From Candidatus Caldarchaeum sp. (GTDB lineage Archaea; Thermoproteota; Nitrososphaeria_A; Caldarchaeales; Caldarchaeaceae), in contig JAWBRA010000005.1 in the NCBI GenBank assembly GCA_038844785.1, positions 10,194 through 74,193 of the forward strand: a stretch of DNA of 64,000 nt, read 5' to 3'. Within the stretch, counting starts at the first letter, position 1. Each line of letters begins with the position of its first letter. Below, piece after piece: positions 47,110 through 56,758 of this stretch. A program made the translations under genes and the position numbers. The notes below the pieces were generated by a model that was not told the DNA's origin, searched no databases, and was given only the letters and a program-made list of their open reading frames with translations.

Positions 47110-47875
47110 TGCGACCCTTGCCGGAAAATTCATCCGTCTTAAACGGATATTCCAAGCCGACGGGCGAAGCTTAATCTTTGCATTCGGCCATGGTAATTTC
47201 ATGTGGCCAGTCAAGGGTTTTGAGAGGCCTTCGGAGATTCTCGCCAAAGTCGTGGCGGCTGGAGTCGACGCAGTGATGGCAGGCCTCGGCTCGCTAAAGC
47301 AGTATGCGCCCTCTCTGGCGAGGAAAAACTTGGGCTAGATACTGACTCTTCAAGACAAATCCCCCTCGACAATACCGTGGAGCGTCAAAGCAGCTTCAAA
47401 CCATGGAGCCGACGCCGTCAAATATTTCGTCAAAATTGGTGGCGAAAACGAGCGGCAGGAGCTTGAGACGCTCTGGGCCCTTTCTGTTACGGCAGCCGAT
47501 TATGGAATGCCTGTTCTCGCTGAGATGTATCCCGCCAAGCCGTCCATGGCTTCAGCGGTTGAGATAGCTAAAATGGCTAGGATAGGTGCAGAGTATGGAG
47601 CCGACTTCATAAAAACTATGTACGCTGGCAGTGTGGAAAGCTTCAGATACGTAGTCGACTCATGCCCTGTGCCGGTGGTTGTGCTGGGGGGCGAGTTTAT
47701 GGAGTCTGACACAGAGGTTTTGCGGATGGTTTACGACAGCCTATCCGCCGGAGGAGCTGGGGTTGCCTTCGGCAGAAACATCTTCCAACATTCCAACCCT
47801 GAGAAAATCACAGAAGCTCTCTACGCCTTAATCCATGGAGGGCTTTCTCCTGAAAAGCTTTTACCGCTGACCTAA
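47110..47875 (+). pseudogene. DhnA/LsrF-type class I aldolase pseudogene
   Basis: One frame reads IRLKRIF...AFGHG...KNLG*ILTL...GADFIKTMY...GVAFGRNIFQH; in-frame TAG at 47336; no start codon; the usual DHG reads GHG. Confidence 0.82.
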
Positions 47876-48513
47876 GCTTTGTCGCGTGGTCTGGAAGCTC
47901 TCACAACCCATGGAACCCACACGCTGCTCAAAGCCCTCGCCCTGTGGATCGTGTTCAACACAACCACTGTGGGAGCTAAGCTGAACATCATGTGAAGGAC
48001 GTTATAGGCCGCTGTGAAAAGCAGAACCAGAAACAGGCCTTGTAGGTCTGATGCAAGACGTAGGCTGAGGAAGGCGGAAAGGGTTGCTGTCGCAAAGTTC
48101 AGAAACTCTGGAAACATCACAACCAGCACCACATAGTTTGCCGCGGTCATCACAACGACCCTTAACACCATCCCGACAACCGCGCCGGCTCCAACCATCG
48201 GCCCCATGCCTCTCGAGCTCAGCAGACGCGACCCTGCCCAAAAGCCTGCAACAGACGACAAAACCGCTAAGAACTTCATGGAAGGCCCCAGTGGGGTGAA
48301 CTCGCCCACCGCAAGCAGCGCAAGATAGTAGATGAGCGCGGCCAGCATACCGGAAGAAGGTCCAAACCCAAGCAGGGCGATGAAGACAGGTATCTCAGCC
48401 GGGTCGAACCTGAGGTAGGGAACGGGGGGGAACGGGAAGCTCAGCGGCAGTACTGCGAGGACCAAGGCAAGAGCGGCCATAGAAGCCCCTGAGGTCAAAG
48501 ACGTAATCCTCAT
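47872..48513 (-). CDS. ECF transporter S component
   Basis: FPFPPVPYLRFDPAEIPVFIALLGFGP motif and about six TM helices. Confidence 0.88.
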   Translation of the reverse strand: MRITSLTSGASMAALALVLAVLPLSFPFPPVPYLRFDPAEIPVFIALLGFGPSSGMLAALIYYLALLAVGEFTPLGPSMKFLAVLSSVAGFWAGSRLLSSRGMGPMVGAGAVVGMVLRVVVMTAANYVVLVVMFPEFLNFATATLSAFLSLRLASDLQGLFLVLLFTAAYNVLHMMFSLAPTVVVLNTIHRARALSSVWVPWVVRASRPRDKA

Positions 48514-48687
48514 CTCCGATGACGGCTGGCTGCTTCCTTTTTATTTAACGCTGCGCAGCTACAAACAACCTTAGTTGACATGTTAGCCCAAGCGCGGACA
48601 AGGCGATTAACGAGGGGAGACTTTGGTGTTCCCACCATCCCTTCAAACACTTCAACTTAAATAGAATTTGTTCGATTTCCTAGGAAG

Positions 48688-49845
48688 ATGAATGTAGCAG
48701 ACATAATGTTAACCGACTTTCCACGGGTCTACGACAGCGAGCCTTTGACAAAGGTTCTAGGCCTGTTTGCTGAGAAGAAAGCCGACGTAGTTGTTGTTCA
48801 AAACAAGGAAAACGACAGGCTTGTTGGTGTTGTCACCAAAAGGTCTATGCTCAAGCCGAACCTCAACCCTTCAAAGGTTCCAGCGAGGACGTTGGCTGTA
48901 AAAACCCCACGGTTAAACCCAGAGGACGTGTTACATAAGGCTGCGATGTTTATGGTTGAAAGGAACCTGAAGGCCCTGCCTGTAACCGACTCAGGCAAAC
49001 CTTTAGGACTTGTGACGGCGGCAGACGTGGTTCTAAACTCTCAAGATGCTTTGGGAAAAATAAGCGTGTCAAAAGTGATGACACGGGAGGTGATAACCGT
49101 CGACGCAAAGGACACGATAGGAAGAGCTATATCTGTGATGCGTGACGAAGGTGTTTCAAGGCTTCCGGTTCTGGACAGAGGGAGGCTCGTGGGGATTGTT
49201 ACGGTTACCGACATCGTTGAGAAGGTTGTCAAACCTCGGTTGAAAACTTCCTGGGGTGATGTTGTTGGCGAAAAAGTCAGAACCCTCAGCAACCCTGTGA
49301 AAAGCATTATGACAAGGGATGTCATGACGGTTCAGCCTTCTGAAAACATAGTTGAGGCAGTACGCAGGATGAAGGAGCTCGGGTTCTCATGTTTGGTTGT
49401 TACAGAGAGGCATAGGGTGGTCGGTATCTTCACTTTGATGGATGCTTTGGAGCCCGTCGTGGCGCAGCTTCAAGAGACTGAGAGAAACATAGTTGTGGAG
49501 GTTAGCTACAAGATGGACAGAGTTGACGTGGATGATAAGGAGCGGGTGATGGAGGTTGCCGACCGTTTCGTAAAGAGGTTTAGGAAAACGCTTGGTAACG
49601 GCGTCCTCAGCCTTTATTTCAAAGAGCACAGGGAGAGACATGGCGACCTGAGGCTGATACACTGCAGGGCACGGCTCAACTCCGACAGGTTTCAGTTCGT
49701 AGGCGTTGGAGAGGCTTGGCGACCAGACCTAGCGGCTCGGACGGCTTTGAAAGTTATTGAAAGACAGTTTCTCGTGAAGAAAGAGCTTGCGTCCCAGTAT
49801 CCTTTTGGAAGAGAGTTTTTCGAAAGCCTTGCCGAATCCTACTGA
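48688..49845 (+). CDS. Four CBS domains fused to a C-terminal HPF/RaiA-like domain (archaeal ribosome hibernation factor-like)
   Basis: Four CBS repeats (LVGVVT, LGLVT, LVGIVT, VVGIFT) plus a C-terminal beta-alpha-beta3-alpha segment ending AARTALKVIERQ. Confidence 0.75.
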   Translation: MNVADIMLTDFPRVYDSEPLTKVLGLFAEKKADVVVVQNKENDRLVGVVTKRSMLKPNLNPSKVPARTLAVKTPRLNPEDVLHKAAMFMVERNLKALPVTDSGKPLGLVTAADVVLNSQDALGKISVSKVMTREVITVDAKDTIGRAISVMRDEGVSRLPVLDRGRLVGIVTVTDIVEKVVKPRLKTSWGDVVGEKVRTLSNPVKSIMTRDVMTVQPSENIVEAVRRMKELGFSCLVVTERHRVVGIFTLMDALEPVVAQLQETERNIVVEVSYKMDRVDVDDKERVMEVADRFVKRFRKTLGNGVLSLYFKEHRERHGDLRLIHCRARLNSDRFQFVGVGEAWRPDLAARTALKVIERQFLVKKELASQYPFGREFFESLAESY

Positions 49846-50021
49846 CCCTCGCCCATATCTTTCAACATTGCAAAGTAGTCTTCTTCATCCATCTCAACGA
49901 TGAAAGAGCCCACGTACCCGCATGAAACACATCTGTAGACTTTCCCCAAATATCCGCCGAGGTAGAGGTCGAGGGTTGTTTTCCTACATACGGGACAGAC
50001 TTGGACGTTTCTCTTTTTCAC
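49839..50021 (-). CDS. Small zinc-ribbon protein
   Basis: CPVC...YRCVSCGYVG; GTG overlaps the mrp stop. Confidence 0.75.
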   Translation of the reverse strand: MKKRNVQVCPVCRKTTLDLYLGGYLGKVYRCVSCGYVGSFIVEMDEEDYFAMLKDMGEGQ

Positions 50022-51109
50022 GTTTTTTCAGCTTTGGCTTTGTTTTCATGGGCCATTATGCTTATGCGTGCAGCTATGTTTCTCGAGATTTCGTGAAGGG
50101 CTTTAGAAGCCGGCGATTTAGGGTCCGCCACGACTATCGGAACGCCTCTGTCATAGTGTGTGGATACCTCTGGCAGAAGCGGTATGCGTCCAAGCATGGG
50201 TGAGTCCAGCTCCACAGCCATCTTCTCCGCCACACTGTCCCCGAACAGGTTCGACTCAGACCCGCAGTTTGGGCAGACATAGTAGCTCATGTTCTCCACA
50301 ATTCCTATTATTGGTATGCCAAGCCTTCTAAACATTCTTAAGGCTTTTGCGGCGATGACGGCTGCGGCGGCCTGCGGCGTGGTCACTATGACGACACCTG
50401 TGAGAGGAATGGTTTGCGCAAGAGTCAGGGAGGCGTCACCCGTCCCCGGCGGGAGATCTACAATAAGATAGTCGAGGTCGCCCCATGCTGCATCTGTGAG
50501 CAATTGTTTAACAGCGCTAGCCACCAATGGCCCCCTCCATATTACGGCGGTGTTTTCGTCCACGAACAACCCCAGCGACATGACTTTTATTCCAAGCATC
50601 ATTCTCGCAGGCTCTAATTTGTTGTTTCCCACCATTCTAGGAGGTTGTATGATGTTGACGATTTTCGGTATCATCGGCCCGTAGATGTCTGCGTCCACCA
50701 GACCTACCCTCGCCCCGCTGAGGGCAAGGCTGCAGGCTAGGTTTATTGCGACGGTGGTCTTGCCGACCCCTCCCTTTCCGCTGGCCACCGCTATGATATT
50801 TTTGACCGATGAGAAATTATCCAACGTGGGTGCTAAAGGTCTCGCCGACCAAACACGGGCGGTCACCTTCATGTCTACTTCCTTAACCCCGGGAATTGAC
50901 TCTACCGCTCTTCGTGCGTTCTCCTCTATTTCTTTGTTGAAAGGGCAGGCGGGTGTGGTAAGCTCTAAAGTAAACTGCACCTTTCCTCTTTCGATTTTCA
51001 AATCCTTTACCATGCCGAGGCTCACTATGTCGGTCTTCAAATCTGGGTCTATGACGCGCCTTAGCGAGTCTATGACGGTTTTTTCATCCACCAAAAAGTC
51101 TCCACTCAA
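50018..51109 (-). CDS. mrp: Mrp/NBP35 (ApbC) Fe-S carrier ATPase with an N-terminal DUF59 domain
   Basis: DPDL...LTTPACP, SGKGGVGKT, DADIYGP, WRGP, DLPPGTGD and ENMSYYVCPNC motifs. Confidence 0.95.
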   Translation of the reverse strand: MSGDFLVDEKTVIDSLRRVIDPDLKTDIVSLGMVKDLKIERGKVQFTLELTTPACPFNKEIEENARRAVESIPGVKEVDMKVTARVWSARPLAPTLDNFSSVKNIIAVASGKGGVGKTTVAINLACSLALSGARVGLVDADIYGPMIPKIVNIIQPPRMVGNNKLEPARMMLGIKVMSLGLFVDENTAVIWRGPLVASAVKQLLTDAAWGDLDYLIVDLPPGTGDASLTLAQTIPLTGVVIVTTPQAAAAVIAAKALRMFRRLGIPIIGIVENMSYYVCPNCGSESNLFGDSVAEKMAVELDSPMLGRIPLLPEVSTHYDRGVPIVVADPKSPASKALHEISRNIAARISIMAHENKAKAEKT

Positions 51110-51148
51110 ATGGTTTTGTGTTTGACGTTATTTATATCTTCCGTAGCA

Positions 51149-51631
51149 TCACATGTTGTTGAGGGTCTTCCAGATCAGGTCGTCTACGTGGTGTAGGTTT
51201 TTTACCACACGGCCGTGGGTGGCCGCGGCTGCTTCGACGGAGCTTGTCAAAGCCTTCCCTATTGCCAACGGCTTCGAATACATGTCGTCCCTGACCACAA
51301 CCACGCTGCCTTTCTCGAAGGTGTCCATGCGTGTAATGCCTGGTCTCATTACGTCTGCTCCTGAAGCAATTTTCGGAACAGCCCCGCGGTCAACGTAGAC
51401 GCATGGTAGCCTGTCTATTATGCGGGCGTTAGCCTCGGTAAGCGCTGGGAAAGTGTTTTCACCTATCATCACGAAGGAAAAGCCTGCCGTGAGGATGAGC
51501 TTTGCTTTGCCCATCTCGACGGTGGTGACACCTTGTTTCAGAATTTTTCTGACGTTCTCGCCTTCGAGGAAAGGTGCCAGCCTCGGGGTCAGCTCAGCAG
51601 CCTCTGCCGACGACAGGGTACGACGCCTCAA
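51149..51631 (-). CDS. PUA-domain RNA-binding protein (DUF1947/MCT-1-like)
   Basis: VDRGAVPKIASGADVMRPGI, LAIG and NLHHVDD motifs; TTG start at 51631 avoids overlap with the tRNA. Confidence 0.88.
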   Translation of the reverse strand: MRRRTLSSAEAAELTPRLAPFLEGENVRKILKQGVTTVEMGKAKLILTAGFSFVMIGENTFPALTEANARIIDRLPCVYVDRGAVPKIASGADVMRPGITRMDTFEKGSVVVVRDDMYSKPLAIGKALTSSVEAAAATHGRVVKNLHHVDDLIWKTLNNM

Positions 51632-51708
51632 CGTGTGGAACGCTTGAACCCGGCTTAAAAACCAGTTTGTAAAAATCAAAATACCGCGTGAAAGCCTTTT
51701 ATGCCGAG

Positions 51709-51793
51709 GCGGGGGTTGCCAAGCCCGGTCAAAGGCGCAGGGCTTAGGACCCTGTCCCGTAGGGGTTCGTGGGTTCAAATCCCACCCCCCGCA
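51709..51793 (+). tRNA. tRNA-Leu(TAG)
   Basis: GCGGGGG/CCCCCGC acceptor, anticodon arm CAGGG-CTTAGGA-CCCTG, long variable arm, A73. Confidence 0.95.
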
Positions 51794-52027
51794 GACATTT
51801 GTACATAAGACATCCTGGCTCAAGCAGTTATAAAGTCATCCTCACAGCGCTCGGAAACTCGGTGAAGCATGTTAATAGCCTTTGGAGAGGCTTGATGTGG
51901 GTTCATTTGGCTATTAGTTATCAGAGCTCACAACAGGGTTGCCAGCTATAAGAAAGGACAGTTTCAGAAGCGTTTCCATAACAATTATAACGATCTGTCC
52001 ATGGGTGGTGGACTACTGCTGTATGGG

Positions 52028-52939
52028 TCATGGCACAGTGACCGGAGACCCGTCCCTGATTATTCTGTATCCGCTTTCATAATTTTTCAAATACAGATTT
52101 GCCAAATTCACAATTAGCCTGTGGGTCTCGCCAGAATAGAACCTCAGCCTTCCTCTAACCATCTCGCTAAGCATAGCCTCAACCTCAGAGGTTGTGAGAT
52201 CTCCGCAGCTCCGCTTCTTCGAACCTACTACGAACCCCCAAAGCGATGCGTAGGATGTTACAAACGCCGCCAGCGGCGTGGTCTTGGGGAAAACCGAGCT
52301 AACTGTTTCAAATATCGATCTGAAAACGTATGGGTTGTGGACTATGGAGGTTGCTTGGGTGACAATCACGCCCCCCTCCCTGAGCTTGCTGAAGGCAATC
52401 CTATAGAACTCCTCTGCGTAAAGGGGGATGGATGAAGCATCCTCTGTCGGGTCTGTGGCGTCCACGATTATCACGTCAAGCGAACCGTTCTCCTTGGAAG
52501 CAAGGTACTGCCTTCCCTCAGATATGACCAGCTTCAACCTCTTGTCATCGAATGCGCCGGCGCTCAGCTCAGGCATATGCAGTCTGCACAGCTCAACTAC
52601 TTCACGGTCTATCTCAACCATTTCAACCTCTTCAACCGTCTTCCACCGCTCCACCTCCCTCGCCGTCGCCCCCTCTCCCCCGCCAATTATCAAAACACGC
52701 CTTGCGTCAGATGCTGTAACCATGGCTGGGTGCACCAGCGTCTCGTGGTAGACGTGCTCGTCAAGCCTCGAGGACTGTATCTTCCCATCAATCACGAGAC
52801 ATCTCCCGTACGGAATTGTGTCTATTATGGCGACGTTCTGGTATTTCGTCTTAGCCATGACAACAACGTCTTTTACAGCATAGTATTCCAACAAACCCTC
52901 CGCTATAATCTCTGAGGCCCAAATGAATTTCTCATGCAT
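52028..52939 (-). CDS. speE: Polyamine aminopropyltransferase (spermidine synthase family)
   Basis: DGKIQSS, YHETLVHPAM, IIGGGEGATARE, VEID and DVIIVDATDP motifs. Confidence 0.95.
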   Translation of the reverse strand: MHEKFIWASEIIAEGLLEYYAVKDVVVMAKTKYQNVAIIDTIPYGRCLVIDGKIQSSRLDEHVYHETLVHPAMVTASDARRVLIIGGGEGATAREVERWKTVEEVEMVEIDREVVELCRLHMPELSAGAFDDKRLKLVISEGRQYLASKENGSLDVIIVDATDPTEDASSIPLYAEEFYRIAFSKLREGGVIVTQATSIVHNPYVFRSIFETVSSVFPKTTPLAAFVTSYASLWGFVVGSKKRSCGDLTTSEVEAMLSEMVRGRLRFYSGETHRLIVNLANLYLKNYESGYRIIRDGSPVTVP

Positions 52940-53364
52940 GTACGATCCCTGACAGCTATGCTAGTTCTACTGTTATGGCTCGCTAGAAGCCCGCGTCTTA
53001 TCTCCATAACGCTGACAGATTTAGGGTTCAACAGCTTGAGCAGTTCTTCGAAGGCATTCCAAGGGTTTACATTGTCCCCGCATGTATAAATGTCGACCGC
53101 GGCATAGCTGTGTTCAGGCCATGTATGTATAGAGATGTGGCTTTCTTTTATGGCTAGTATGTATGATACGCCTTCGCCGCCGTCGAACTTGTTGGCTAAA
53201 TCACTTACAATCGTCGACCCGGCTTTCTCAGCTGCTTTTTTCGCAGCGTTCCTTATAAAGCTCGTATCTCTAAGCAGAGCTGGTTCGCATCCGTAGAGTT
53301 CGCCTATCACATGACGGCCAAGTCCATCGAACATTTTACGGTGTCCTTGGCTCCCAGCCCCCAT
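52903..53364 (-). CDS. speH: Pyruvoyl-dependent S-adenosylmethionine decarboxylase proenzyme
   Basis: GRHVIGELYGC, ESHISIHTWPE self-cleavage site, DIYTCG; adjacent to speE. Confidence 0.9.
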   Translation of the reverse strand: MGAGSQGHRKMFDGLGRHVIGELYGCEPALLRDTSFIRNAAKKAAEKAGSTIVSDLANKFDGGEGVSYILAIKESHISIHTWPEHSYAAVDIYTCGDNVNPWNAFEELLKLLNPKSVSVMEIRRGLLASHNSRTSIAVRDRTCMRNSFGPQRL

Positions 53365-53432
53365 TCTCTCACGAAGTTTTTAAAACGCGTTTAAATACCT
53401 ATCGATGATAGGGTAGCGTTTGGCCTAAGCAG

Positions 53433-53846
53433 TTATTTCAACGGTACATACATGCTGCTTCTTGTTGCACCTATTCCGGCCCTTCCGTGGATGACTCTTT
53501 TGTTTGTGATTGCGTATTCGCCAAGCCGGTGGCCGATCATCTCAGGAGTTATCTCGACCGGTTGGAACTCTTTGCCGTTGTGGACGTGGATCGTCAAACC
53601 AACCATTTCAGGCAGTATGAACATGTCTCTGCAGTGCGTTTTGACGGGTTTCTCAGGCTTCTGACCTATCTCCAAAAGCCTTTTGTATTTCCGTATTTTG
53701 AAGAGAAGCTTAGACTGCGCCGGGGTTAAACCTCTCTTGTAGAGGCTGCGTCTAGCTCGGCTGGGCAGTAGCTTTATGAAAGAATCCATGCTCATCGCTT
53801 TTATCTGGTCGAGCGTGTACCCCCTGTAGGTAAACTCTCTCACCAT
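53433..53846 (-). CDS. rps19: 30S ribosomal protein uS19
   Basis: [20 protein letters not shown] and [14 protein letters not shown] motifs. Confidence 0.97.
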   Translation of the reverse strand: MVREFTYRGYTLDQIKAMSMDSFIKLLPSRARRSLYKRGLTPAQSKLLFKIRKYKRLLEIGQKPEKPVKTHCRDMFILPEMVGLTIHVHNGKEFQPVEITPEMIGHRLGEYAITNKRVIHGRAGIGATRSSMYVPLK

Positions 53847-53880
53847 CTACGTGACGTCTACATCCAACCCATTAATAAGC

Positions 53881-54603
53881 CTACGCCCTTTTCTTTCTCC
53901 CAGCCCGCCTAGCCGCTATGAGCCCCACCTTCCTGCCCGGCGGCGTTGTTCTTTTGACTGTTTCGGGCCTGCCTATCCTTTTGTGGCTTCCTCCTCCGAA
54001 CGGGTGTACCGCGGGAACCATCGCAACACCCCTAGACTTCGGCCAGTAACGATGCCTGGACCTCATCAAGTGGAACTTCGCTCCAGCCTTGAGGAAGGGT
54101 TTCTCACCCCTGCCACCACCGGCCACAACACCGACCAACGCCAAAGCCTTCGCAGAGACTTCAACGTCTTTCTTAGACGGCAGCCGTAGTATGGTTTTGT
54201 CGCCAAGCTGGGCCATGACCACGGCGTAGGCTCCAGAAGACCTTACCAGCTTCCCCCCGTCTCCGGGCAGCCTCTCAACAACCGAGACGATAGAGCCTTC
54301 GGGAAGTTTTCCAACCGGAACGATGTTCCCCGTTGAGGGCTTCGCTGCTTCACCTAGCTCAACCACCTGACCCACATACATACCTTCTACAGCTGGTACG
54401 GCGAACGCCACGCCGTCATGTGCTACAATAGCTACTGGCGCACCTCTTCCAGGGTCGTGCACTATATCACGGACAACCGCCGATTGAATCGTCCCCGCGT
54501 TTATCAGCCCGCTGGGATAGCCTACCTTGTATCTACGGTGTTTTGAGGCTATAAACCGCGGCGAACCCCTCCCGATGCGCTGAGCTCTTATGTTCCTACC
54601 CAA
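53881..54603 (-). CDS. rpl2: 50S ribosomal protein uL2
   Basis: HDPGRGAP, GGGRGEKPFLKAG and HPFGGG motifs; TTG start with a GGGTGA SD. Confidence 0.97.
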   Translation of the reverse strand: MGRNIRAQRIGRGSPRFIASKHRRYKVGYPSGLINAGTIQSAVVRDIVHDPGRGAPVAIVAHDGVAFAVPAVEGMYVGQVVELGEAAKPSTGNIVPVGKLPEGSIVSVVERLPGDGGKLVRSSGAYAVVMAQLGDKTILRLPSKKDVEVSAKALALVGVVAGGGRGEKPFLKAGAKFHLMRSRHRYWPKSRGVAMVPAVHPFGGGSHKRIGRPETVKRTTPPGRKVGLIAARRAGRKKRA

Positions 54604-54614
54604 TTTTCACCCCC

Positions 54615-54875
54615 CTAAAATATTCCAAGCTTGACAGCTAGGTCCGAGGCTTTATACTCTGGCTTGAGGCGGACGAAGGCTTTCTTCTCACCACGCGGCG
54701 TTATCAAAGTGTTCACATCATCCACCTTAACTTCATAGAGCTGTTCAACGGCATGTTTCACGGTTTTTTTGTCGGCTTTTATGTCCACAATAAAGACAAG
54801 CTTGTTCTCCTTTTCTATGAGCGAGACAGCGTCCTGTGTTATGACGACCCTTTTGATAACGTCTTGGGGATTCAT
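54615..54875 (-). CDS. rpl23: 50S ribosomal protein uL23
   Basis: ENKLVFIVD and VNTLITPRGEKKAFVRL motifs. Confidence 0.97.
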   Translation of the reverse strand: MNPQDVIKRVVITQDAVSLIEKENKLVFIVDIKADKKTVKHAVEQLYEVKVDDVNTLITPRGEKKAFVRLKPEYKASDLAVKLGIF

Positions 54876-55690
54876 TCAAGCCTCCCTCTCAGCGCATCCA
54901 GCGAGGACTTGGTAAAGACTGTGAGCCTTCCGGGATGGCCTCCAGGAGCCAGGTCTAGAACGCTCAAGTTTCTAGCCTCAACCACGTCCACGCCTGGAAT
55001 ATTCTCAGCCGCTTTAGACAGGCTGGACTTCCGCGAAACAACTATCAAAGGCCCCCTCGGTTTTTTATACCTTCGGCCACGTATCTTTCCTTTCCCAGCC
55101 CTTATCTTTACTTTCATGCATCTTTTCAGCTCCATGTCAAGCCTGAGCTTAGTGAAAAACAACCTGACATCCTTTGTCTTGCTAAGTGATTCGAATTTAT
55201 CTTCGACAACTATCGGTAGCTGAAGCCCTTCAGGTATCCTGTGCCCCCTCCTCCTCACATGTTCAACACTGGATGTGAAAGCCAGCGCTGCAAGCAAAGC
55301 GTTTCTCAACTCTTTCTTGTTGATTCTTTTGTGGATTTTCTTTTCGGGCACGGGTGGATGGGTGGGCCTGCCTCCCACGGCGGACGGCACCATCCCACCA
55401 GCTCCGTACTTGGGCGTCCCCCTCCCCTTAATTCTTGAGATACGAGCCATTCCAAATCCCGGACCCCACGACTCAACCGAGTGTTTGTGTCCTGAGAGCT
55501 TTGAGGATCCCTTTGGCTGAAGCCGATGGGTGTACAGGTGGACAAAAGCCCTGTGGACAAGGTCTTCCTTCAGCGGTGCTGCAAAGAAGGGAGGCAGGGC
55601 TATTGAGCCTGTTGCATCTCCCTCAGCGTTATAGACTGGGACTTGGACGGGCTGGATTTTGTGCAGCTGCAGGGTTGCCGTGAAATCCAA
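54872..55690 (-). CDS. rpl4: 50S ribosomal protein uL4
   Basis: SVESWGPG, IRAGKGKIRGRRY and LAPGGHPGRLT motifs. Confidence 0.97.
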   Translation of the reverse strand: MDFTATLQLHKIQPVQVPVYNAEGDATGSIALPPFFAAPLKEDLVHRAFVHLYTHRLQPKGSSKLSGHKHSVESWGPGFGMARISRIKGRGTPKYGAGGMVPSAVGGRPTHPPVPEKKIHKRINKKELRNALLAALAFTSSVEHVRRRGHRIPEGLQLPIVVEDKFESLSKTKDVRLFFTKLRLDMELKRCMKVKIRAGKGKIRGRRYKKPRGPLIVVSRKSSLSKAAENIPGVDVVEARNLSVLDLAPGGHPGRLTVFTKSSLDALRGRLE

Positions 55691-55695
55691 TATCC

Positions 55696-56661
55696 CTACA
55701 CCTCGAAAAGGGTTATCTGAGGAGGCTCAAGCGGCTTCGGCGGCCTAGCTGGTGTTCTAATGAACACCGGTCTTAGAGGAGTTCCAGGAAGCGAGCCCTC
55801 AATAACTGCATAGTCTGTCTTGACAAGCCCAAACCTGTGCCATCCAGACTTTGGGTTGATTGCGCTAGTTTCCGATGAGATCTTCAAAATTCTTTTATTG
55901 TATTCTGTCCTTCTGTGAAATCCCATCTGTCCAGAGCGGGGCACTGTATACATGACATAGTGAGGGTTCCAAGGTCCTATGGAGGCCACTCCACGCCTTG
56001 TTTTCCGAGACTTTCTCTGAAGTATTGAAACGCCGTATCTTTTTACGACGCCTTGAAATCCCTTACCCTTCGTCACACCCAGCACATCAACATACTCTCC
56101 TTCTTTGAAAACGTCGGATATTTTAAGCTCTTTACCCAGAAGCTCCAGCCCCTTTTTCAACGCTTCGCTAGGCTCGCCTCCTATCTTTATCTCAGCGATA
56201 TGTGGTTTTTTCCCGGCGTTTGCTAGACGGGGCTGGGTTGCAACTATCAGCCTTACTTCGGAAAACTTTCCTTCGAGCTCCTGCAGCTTCTCAGGCCCAG
56301 GCGAGGGGGTGAACGTCTTGTTTCTTCGAAGTATGTCGTCGCCGGCTTCCTTGCTCCATATCCTTCCGACGTCGACAAGCTTGCCGTCAAGCGCATCATA
56401 GAATGCCAAGCCGACCACTTTTAGTGGGGGTGCAGCCACGACCGTGCATGCTGCGGTTATTTCGCTGCCCTGAGTGGGAGACCCCGGCCTGTTGTCCACG
56501 TAGTGAACGGATGTCATGCCAACCTTGTAGACTATGAACCCGAGTGGTCCTTGCCGGCCATCAGGCCAGTGCTTCACCCTTGGAAGGATGCTTCTAGCTC
56601 TACCTCTGGGTAGATAGGCTAGAGAGCCATGCCTCGGCCTGGAATATTTCCTGCGACCCAA
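55696..56661 (-). CDS. rpl3: 50S ribosomal protein uL3
   Basis: PRHGSLAYLPR, KVGMT, TKGKGFQG and GQMGFHRRTEYNKRI motifs. Confidence 0.97.
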   Translation of the reverse strand: MGRRKYSRPRHGSLAYLPRGRARSILPRVKHWPDGRQGPLGFIVYKVGMTSVHYVDNRPGSPTQGSEITAACTVVAAPPLKVVGLAFYDALDGKLVDVGRIWSKEAGDDILRRNKTFTPSPGPEKLQELEGKFSEVRLIVATQPRLANAGKKPHIAEIKIGGEPSEALKKGLELLGKELKISDVFKEGEYVDVLGVTKGKGFQGVVKRYGVSILQRKSRKTRRGVASIGPWNPHYVMYTVPRSGQMGFHRRTEYNKRILKISSETSAINPKSGWHRFGLVKTDYAVIEGSLPGTPLRPVFIRTPARPPKPLEPPQITLFEV

Positions 56662-56758
56662 TTTGAACTACCTGTCATCCGTGTAGGCATGCATGATAAA
56701 AACCTTAGCAGCAAGCCTTTAGGCTAAACCTTAATTCCAACCATAACTACTGCCAGAC

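Noticed and set aside
47336-47338. In-frame TAG in the aldolase as pyrrolysine or readthrough
   Set aside because: The gene also lacks a start and has a catalytic-motif change, its neighbour is heavily decayed, and no pyl genes are seen; a nonsense mutation is simpler
45500-47875. Integrated island at tRNA-Thr(GGT)
   Set aside because: No integrase and no duplicated tRNA 3' end (att site) seen downstream
48514-48687. Riboswitch upstream of the ECF S component
   Set aside because: No recognisable FMN, TPP or cobalamin consensus; a TATA-like element lies close to the start, implying a short leader
51632-51823. N-terminal extension of the PUA ORF and other ORFs overlapping tRNAs (31654-31845, 38905-39123, 45482-45676)
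   Set aside because: These are translations of tRNA sequence, not coding regions
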